Origin: a virus | Taxonomy: Duplodnaviria; Heunggongvirae; Uroviricota; Caudoviricetes | Virus record (IMG/VR): IMGVR_UViG_2711768010_000017 | Direction: 5' to 3' (one strand) | Length of the DNA: 45,246 bases | Part shown: positions 40,095 through 45,246 of the stretch, piece by piece | How positions within the stretch are numbered: position 1 is the first letter of the stretch | How the letters are laid out: the number at the start of each line of letters is the position of its first letter | Program-made: the position numbers and the translations under genes | The notes under the pieces: model-generated | Databases searched by the model: none | Told to the model about the DNA's origin: nothing | What the model saw: only the letters and a program-made list of their open reading frames with translations

Positions 40095-40769
40095 ATGAAA
40101 ACAGTCCATGACATCCGGCGGTCTAACGCCAGAAAACTGAGAGATGGTGTTGGCGGGAATTCTTCCTTTGCCACCATGATTGATCGCGAGCCAACCCAGA
40201 CCAGCAGGTTTATGGGAGATGGTGCAACTAAAAATATCGGTGACAGCATGGCACGGCACATCGAAAAATGTTTCGACCTGCCTGTCGGATGGCTTGATCA
40301 AGAACACCAGACAACGAACATCACAAAAAAACCTGACGTTTCAATCACTAACAAACAAATAACGTTAGTCCCTGTCATATCATGGGTACAGGCCGGAGCA
40401 TGGAAAGAAGTTGGCTATTCTGAGGTTGATTTGAGCACAGCAGAAACTTATCCCTGCCCTGTACCCTGTGGCGAAATGACTTATATCTTGCGGGTGATTG
40501 GTGATTCAATGATTGATGAGTACCGCCCGGGAGACATGATTTTTGTTGATCCTGAAGTCCCTGCCTGCCACGGTGACGACGTTATTGCATTGATGCACGA
40601 TACAGGCGAAACCACCTTCAAGCGGTTGATAGAAGATGGAACACAGCGTTATCTCAAAGCATTAAACCCAAACTGGCCTGAGCCTTACATTAAGATTAAC
40701 GGTAATTGCTCTATAATTGGTACAGTGATTTTCTCAGGAAAACCAAGAAGATACATAATAAAGGCCTAA
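40095..40769 (+). CDS. CI-type repressor (HTH plus S24 LexA-like autopeptidase domain)
   Basis: 224 aa; N-terminal HTH-like region ending LPVGWLD, C-terminal S24 motifs (VIGDSMIDEY, GDMIFVDP). Confidence 0.85.
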   Translation: MKTVHDIRRSNARKLRDGVGGNSSFATMIDREPTQTSRFMGDGATKNIGDSMARHIEKCFDLPVGWLDQEHQTTNITKKPDVSITNKQITLVPVISWVQAGAWKEVGYSEVDLSTAETYPCPVPCGEMTYILRVIGDSMIDEYRPGDMIFVDPEVPACHGDDVIALMHDTGETTFKRLIEDGTQRYLKALNPNWPEPYIKINGNCSIIGTVIFSGKPRRYIIKA

Positions 40770-40781
40770 TCAATATTTATA

Positions 40782-40804
40782 ACCTGCTTCGGCAGGTTTT
40801 TTTA
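40782..40804 (+). terminator. Rho-independent terminator after cI
   Basis: acctgc-ttcg-gcaggt hairpin followed by TTTTTTTAT. Confidence 0.6.
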
Positions 40805-40807
40805 TAC

Positions 40808-40836
40808 TTGACAATGTACCTTTGGGATACATAATG
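40808..40836 (+). promoter_or_regulatory. PL-like early-left promoter with overlapping operator
   Basis: TTGACA (40808-40813), 16-17 bp spacer containing atgtacctttgggatacat (operator-like), then CATAAT. Confidence 0.45.
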
Positions 40837-41273
40837 TATCTAAAAGAAACACAGCACAGGCAAGATTAAACAAAATTTGGTTGTAACACGGCGTATGGCA
40901 CATGCGTCGTTAGCGGTCTGGGGACGTTAAAGGGGACAATCCACTCCTTGCTCGGGCAAACAAACCAGGTAGCCGGAATGTGCAAGTCAATGATGATGCT
41001 GATAAGACGCCTAACCAGCGTGGCGATTCGGTTTGACGCCTGGGAAGAGACCAGGGTGCAACGATGAGGACATTTATGGAACCGCGACAAAGTGTGGTGC
41101 CGTAACTGGCTAAGTGCTCTCAGCGTTGTGGTGAATGCGCAGGCTGATGCGCGAAAGACATTGCAGCTAATGCGGAAAAGAGCTGTTCGGCGGGGCAATT
41201 AAACGCCCGTGAGAGTCTGAAATAACCGCAAGCCGGAGATCAGCACCGGTCACCACAACAGCCACTGCTTTGG

Positions 41274-41318
41274 CGGTACCAGTTTGTACACTTGCTTCCG
41301 GCTGGTACCGCTCTTTTT
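41274..41318 (+). terminator. Terminator-like hairpin in the early-left leader
   Basis: 9-bp perfect stem cggtaccag/ctggtaccg with 19-nt loop, followed by CTCTTTTTA. Confidence 0.4.
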
Positions 41319-41407
41319 ACAAAACAGAGAAGAGCATCACCGGACGACGGGCTCATAACCAAATCCATCCGGGCGGCTGCCACCGCAGGTGTTCTTCTCT
41401 GTTTTGT
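41319..41407 (+). other. Long inverted repeat (15-bp perfect arms, about 59-nt loop) in the early-left leader
   Basis: acaaaacagagaaga (41319-41333) and tcttctctgttttgt (41393-41407). Confidence 0.4.
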
Positions 41408-41455
41408 GGAGAAACCAACCGACCTTGCAGGGTCGATATGATTAGGAGCAGCAAA

Positions 41456-41818
41456 ATGGCTAGCGAACGCAGTACTGATGTGCAGGCATTTATTGGGGAG
41501 CTGGACGGCGGCGTATTTGAAACCAAAATCGGCGCAGTTCTCAGTGAAGTCGCTTCCGGTGTGATGAACACGAAAACCAAAGGTAAGGTCTCACTCAACC
41601 TGGAAATCGAACCATTTGATGAGAACCGTGTGAAAATCAAACACAAACTCTCATATGTTCGCCCGACTAACCGCGGGAAAATTTCCGAAGAAGACACCAC
41701 CGAAACGCCGATGTATGTCAATCGCGGTGGTCGCCTGACTATTCTGCAGGAAGACCAGGGACAATTACTGACTCTTGCCGGTGAACCTGACGGAAAACTC
41801 CGCGCAGCAGGTCATTAA
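41456..41818 (+). CDS. Hypothetical early-left protein (YfdP-like by recollection)
   Basis: 120-aa ORF from ATG with AGGAG RBS 7 nt upstream; track ORF 41270..41818 is an over-extension. Confidence 0.5.
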   Translation: MASERSTDVQAFIGELDGGVFETKIGAVLSEVASGVMNTKTKGKVSLNLEIEPFDENRVKIKHKLSYVRPTNRGKISEEDTTETPMYVNRGGRLTILQEDQGQLLTLAGEPDGKLRAAGH

Positions 41819-41883
41819 TATCGTTCTTAATTAACCGATTATTTATCTCATCACTGAATATCTTTATATAGTGAGGACTTATT

Positions 41884-42708
41884 ATGTCTCAGAACTTAGA
41901 CGCAACCGCAATTAATCAAATCCATGCCCTTATTTCTGCTCAGGGTGTTAATGAAATTATCAGTAAGATTGGTGCCGATGCTGTGGCATTGCCTGAGAAT
42001 TTCCGCATTCATGATCTGGAAAAATTAAATTTAAATCGTTTCCGTTTCCGTGGTGCGCTTTCCACTGCCAGCATCGATGACTTTACTCGTTATTCTAAAG
42101 ATCTTGCAGATGAAGGCACCCGCTGCTTTATCGATGCTGATAATATGCGTGCCGTCAGTGTTCTTAACCTGGGTACTATTGATGAACCAGGTCACGCAGA
42201 TAACACCGCCACTCTCAAACTGAAAAAGACAGCTCCGTTCTCTGCTCTGTTGTCTGTTAATGGCGAGCGTAACTCCCAGAAGTCACTGGCAGAATGGATT
42301 GAAGACTGGGCCGACTACCTTGTGGGCTTTGATGCTAATGGTGACGCCATTCAGGCAACCAAAGCGGCTGCGGCGATCCGTAAAATCACAATTGAAGCGA
42401 ACCAGACCGCTGATTTTGAAGATAATGACTTCAGCGGCAAACGCTCCCTGATGGAGTCTGTCGAAGCGAAGACCAAAGACATTATGCCAGTGGCATTTGA
42501 ATTTAAATGCGTTCCGTTTGAAGGTCTGAAAGAACGTCCGTTTAAATTACGCCTCAGCATTATCACTGGCGATCGTCCTGTACTGGTTCTGCGCATTATT
42601 CAGCTGGAAGCGGTACAGGAAGAAATGGCTAACGAATTTCGTGATCTGCTTGTTGAGAAATTCAAAGACAGCAAAGTAGAAACCTTTATTGGTACTTTCA
42701 CCGCCTGA
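41884..42708 (+). CDS. Hypothetical prophage protein (DUF2303/YfdQ-like by recollection)
   Basis: 274-aa ORF with GAGGA RBS; no catalytic motif recognised. Confidence 0.55.
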   Translation: MSQNLDATAINQIHALISAQGVNEIISKIGADAVALPENFRIHDLEKLNLNRFRFRGALSTASIDDFTRYSKDLADEGTRCFIDADNMRAVSVLNLGTIDEPGHADNTATLKLKKTAPFSALLSVNGERNSQKSLAEWIEDWADYLVGFDANGDAIQATKAAAAIRKITIEANQTADFEDNDFSGKRSLMESVEAKTKDIMPVAFEFKCVPFEGLKERPFKLRLSIITGDRPVLVLRIIQLEAVQEEMANEFRDLLVEKFKDSKVETFIGTFTA

Positions 42709-42884
42709 TTTCATTACTGCAAATGCCCCTGCGGGGGCATTTACGGAAGCGATAATTTTAACTATTGCCGCCCCTATAAAGAACCATTAAACAATAACGT
42801 GACGTAGCTATTGATAGTAAATGAAGCACTTGCAAAATAATTGCATTGCGTATATATACACACATGTGTTGTATTACAGCGATA

Positions 42885-43679
42885 ATGGTAAAGCAAATGA
42901 TTAACTCTGAAGCAATTGAGCAACTAATGTGGCTATGGTCCTTATTTGACATTAAATTCTTATCTATTCTTGCCGCTGCCTTCACTATATATTTTGGCGT
43001 GCAAAAAATATCAAAAAAGGTGACAGTGTCGTATTCAGCAAATGCAAGTAGAATATATGACATGCATATATCAACCATAATCCTGAATAATAAAAGAGAT
43101 AATGCAATTGCTATATCTTCAATCAATATGGAGGTTGAAGGTAAAGGGATACTACAAGTTATTAAATTTGACTCCCCTCTTCTTTTAAAGAACTATGATT
43201 CTTTAAAAGTTGAACCACCAAAATTTAGCAGCCTTTACAATAATGATGGCGTAGTTAAGTTAGATATTTCTGATAAGTTTCATTTTTATATAATCACGAC
43301 ATCTGGAGATGAAATTAAATGTATTTCTGAAAATAAATATGTAGCACCAAACATGGAAAACAAAATAGCTACAGACATAAGAAAATTTAATGGCATTGTC
43401 TTAACAAACAGAATGTCTTATATTTTTTTCTATGCAAATGACAACGGAGAGAAATACTGCATAATAGATGTTTCATTGTTCATAAATGGTGACAACCCAT
43501 TTCATTTTAATTTTTTAAAAGAAGATGAATTAAGAGATTTTTCTAGCATCCTTATTAGTTACGGATATCACCAACAGTTTAAAAGTTATGCATTGTTTAA
43601 AATAGACAACCATCTTGCTCCTTCTTTGGTTTTAAATAAATCAATGATAGAAAATAATATTATTGAAATGAATAAGTAA
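42885..43679 (+). CDS. AT-rich N-terminally membrane-anchored protein (candidate exclusion/abortive-infection moron)
   Basis: About 264 aa from first ATG; N-terminal TM helix LMWLWSLFDIKFLSILAAAFTIYFGV; strongly AT-rich compared with flanks. Confidence 0.55.
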   Translation: MVKQMINSEAIEQLMWLWSLFDIKFLSILAAAFTIYFGVQKISKKVTVSYSANASRIYDMHISTIILNNKRDNAIAISSINMEVEGKGILQVIKFDSPLLLKNYDSLKVEPPKFSSLYNNDGVVKLDISDKFHFYIITTSGDEIKCISENKYVAPNMENKIATDIRKFNGIVLTNRMSYIFFYANDNGEKYCIIDVSLFINGDNPFHFNFLKEDELRDFSSILISYGYHQQFKSYALFKIDNHLAPSLVLNKSMIENNIIEMNK

Positions 43680-43715
43680 CTCACCGGGTGCAGCCGGTTA
43701 TGATGGAGAAATGAT

Positions 43716-43997
43716 ATGAATACCTTGTTTTTACTGATGGCTGAATTCAATACCCCAAACATTGAACTCTCAGCAGTTAGTCAAAAATACTTTGGTATGA
43801 GTCCAGCCACAGCAGAAGCAAAAGCAAACGCTTGTAAGTTGCCTGTACCTACATATCGCATCGGTACATCACAAAAAGCAAAACGTTGCATCAATATTCA
43901 GGATCTTGCGGAATACATAGACAAAAGACGAGAAGAAGGACGTATCGAGTGGGAACAGGTCAGAACAGGCAAACAGAAGGGCAAAGAACATCACTAA
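43716..43997 (+). CDS. Small DNA-binding regulator (PrtN/pyocin-activator-like by recollection)
   Basis: 93-aa ORF with GGAG RBS; basic C-terminus; followed by a terminator. Confidence 0.45.
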   Translation: MNTLFLLMAEFNTPNIELSAVSQKYFGMSPATAEAKANACKLPVPTYRIGTSQKAKRCINIQDLAEYIDKRREEGRIEWEQVRTGKQKGKEHH

Positions 43998-44025
43998 AGA
44001 AAAAACCCGCCTAAAGGCGGGTTTT
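43998..44025. terminator. Bidirectional rho-independent terminator between convergent transcription units
   Basis: cccgcc-taaa-ggcggg hairpin flanked by A-run and T-run. Confidence 0.65.
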
Positions 44026-44044
44026 CAAAAAGCACCAGCTATGA

Positions 44045-44218
44045 TCATGCTGCTTTGCGACGACGAAGCTTACCCTGCTGCTCTTTACCAGAGACAGTAG
44101 CGTGAGTGAACGCATTAGGAGCAGCCTTCATCAGAACTTCAACAGCAGCACCCATACCTGCGAATGCTTTCATTGTGTCGAACTTAACCTGTGGCTTGGT
44201 TGCTTTTTGATCTTCCAT
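44045..44218 (-). CDS. Small basic protein (57 aa), below the ORF-track length cutoff
   Basis: ATG with GGAG RBS 7 nt upstream; product MEDQKATKPQVKFDTMKAFAGMGAAVEVLMKAAPNAFTHATVSGKEQQGKLRRRKAA. Confidence 0.4.
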   Translation of the reverse strand: MEDQKATKPQVKFDTMKAFAGMGAAVEVLMKAAPNAFTHATVSGKEQQGKLRRRKAA

Positions 44219-44257
44219 AGAAAACTCCAGAAGCTATACCGAAACAATTCCTGTTGT

Positions 44258-44677
44258 TTACTCATCATCAATAGATGATACGCAATATTTATTTTTAAAT
44301 TTAAGGTTCTTTGGCGTAACTTCATCAGATATATCAAAACCGTCCAGAATTCTATTGAATGTAGCTTCTGGCATATCATCATGAACGGAAATCTCACCCG
44401 ATCGCTGCTTTCTAACCATGTTATCCACTCGCCAAATTATAGCTTCAGCGTAAACAACATAACTTGGATGCTTGATAAAGCGATGATCACCAGAATTCAA
44501 GACGCAAGACGGATCGTGGGGGACACCATCCTTGATACTAGAAATATTAACAACTAAAACACAATAACAATCGTTAACGGGGTAATAAACAGGATCATTA
44601 CAAATCACATGAAGATGATTGCATGGCCCAGTTGGGGCAAGCACAGTTCCTTTCCTGTATGGCTGATAATCCGTCAT
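44258..44677 (-). CDS. Hypothetical 139-aa protein, candidate toxin partner of the upstream Panacea-like protein
   Basis: ATG overlaps the stop of the upstream gene (ATGA); Cys/His-rich segment CNHLHVICNDPVYYPVNDCYC; no recognisable family. Confidence 0.5.
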   Translation of the reverse strand: MTDYQPYRKGTVLAPTGPCNHLHVICNDPVYYPVNDCYCVLVVNISSIKDGVPHDPSCVLNSGDHRFIKHPSYVVYAEAIIWRVDNMVRKQRSGEISVHDDMPEATFNRILDGFDISDEVTPKNLKFKNKYCVSSIDDE

Positions 44678-45246
44678 GATAATTGCAAAGAAAATTCCTT
44701 AAGTTTCTGAGATTCTTCCATTTTGCCAATTATACGATTAGCCTCATCCTCGCTTTTACCCTCACTGATCAGCATTTCTTTCAGGTCTATAGGCTTACGA
44801 GAATTGCCAGGATTGTGCCACTCTGGACAAACGCTTTCTAAATGCGTCATGTTTGCGAGATCAAATCGGTTCATATGCCCATACAGAGAATAGATTTCAT
44901 CTAAAATCCGGATATCTGCACGGCTCAACTCATCAAAGACCTCGTCTGCATCCATTTCCCTCGGATCTGAACGCAACAACACATCATGCCCGTTCGTCTC
45001 TATCAGGTTGTACCAGTAGTCACCAATACCTTCAGCCTTACCACGAATCAAGTTCAGCGTATTCGACATGACTGGACCAAATTTCATAGAGTAAAGGCTA
45101 TCTTCGCCGATCATCCTGCCATGCTTCAAAATCGACTTGCGGTTAGACAGATAGAGCAGCTTCATCAATTTCAGATATGCCATGCGCCCACCTCGCTTAA
45201 GAAGTAGGTATGCAGCCATTTGAGCTACTTTTTCTTCGCAAAACAT
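44674..45246 (-). CDS. Panacea/DUF4065-like (SocA-like) protein, candidate antitoxin; 5-prime end at window edge
   Basis: MAYLKLMKLLYLSNRKSILKHGRMIGEDSLYSMKFGPVMSN resembles the Panacea antitoxin domain signature as recalled; ORF reaches the window boundary. Confidence 0.55.
   Translation of the reverse strand: MFCEEKVAQMAAYLLLKRGGRMAYLKLMKLLYLSNRKSILKHGRMIGEDSLYSMKFGPVMSNTLNLIRGKAEGIGDYWYNLIETNGHDVLLRSDPREMDADEVFDELSRADIRILDEIYSLYGHMNRFDLANMTHLESVCPEWHNPGNSRKPIDLKEMLISEGKSEDEANRIIGKMEESQKLKEFSLQLS

Larger units (their letters stand above)
1580..45246. mobile_element. Lambdoid prophage integrated at the dusA 5-prime end (right boundary beyond or undetermined in window)
   Basis: Continuous phage gene set from integrase through tail, head, packaging, lysis, Q, replication and cI/cro immunity region; attR not identified. 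Confidence 0.85.

Noticed and set aside
39804-40307. 167-aa track ORF extending the cro-like gene upstream
   Set aside because: Extension overlaps the operators and the cI N-terminus on the opposite strand; an internal ATG at 40004 gives a 66-aa Cro-sized product.
40866-41198. 110-aa minus-strand ORF in the early-left leader
   Set aside because: Antisense to the leader, no RBS, Arg/Cys/His-rich low-complexity product; more likely non-coding.
1-45246. CRISPR arrays or other regularly spaced repeat arrays
   Set aside because: No series of short direct repeats with uniform spacers was seen; the only tandem repeats are the stf coding repeats and the iteron-like repeats in the replication gene.

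Overview
The window begins with chromosomal pspG and dusA (tRNA-dihydrouridine synthase A, E. coli-like) and then runs into a lambdoid prophage inserted at the 5-prime end of dusA, covering about 1580 to the window end (right boundary not seen). The prophage has lambda-like order: integrase, a b-region-like cargo block, then on the minus strand tfa, stf, lom, J-I-K-L-M-H-T/G-V-U-Z-FII, protease-capsid, portal, W, TerL, TerS, cos region, Rz/Rz1, endolysin, holin, DNA methyltransferase, a lipoprotein moron between duplicated terminators, Q, nin-like genes (DUF968-like, KilA-N, RusA, LexA-DBD-only protein, Dam-like methyltransferase), an O-like replication gene with iteron-like repeats, cro, divergent operators, and an S24-type cI repressor, followed by a plus-strand early-left operon. 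The most interesting element is an AT-rich two-gene cargo module between the SOS-regulated dinI-like gene and tfa: a three-helix membrane protein translationally overlapping a 457-aa reverse transcriptase, preceded by a promoter and a structured leader. I read this as a candidate retron-like or UG/Abi-like RT defence module that I cannot assign to a named family from sequence alone. Second is a Panacea(DUF4065)-like protein overlapping an unrecognised 139-aa ORF at the right edge, a candidate toxin-antitoxin pair. All calls are from reading the sequence and ORF track by eye; no database search was run, so family names are recollection-based and coordinates of hand-located sites may be off by 1-2 bp. 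Three N runs (9763-9893, 30155-30412, single n at 15135) are assembly gaps that interrupt lom, holin and L.
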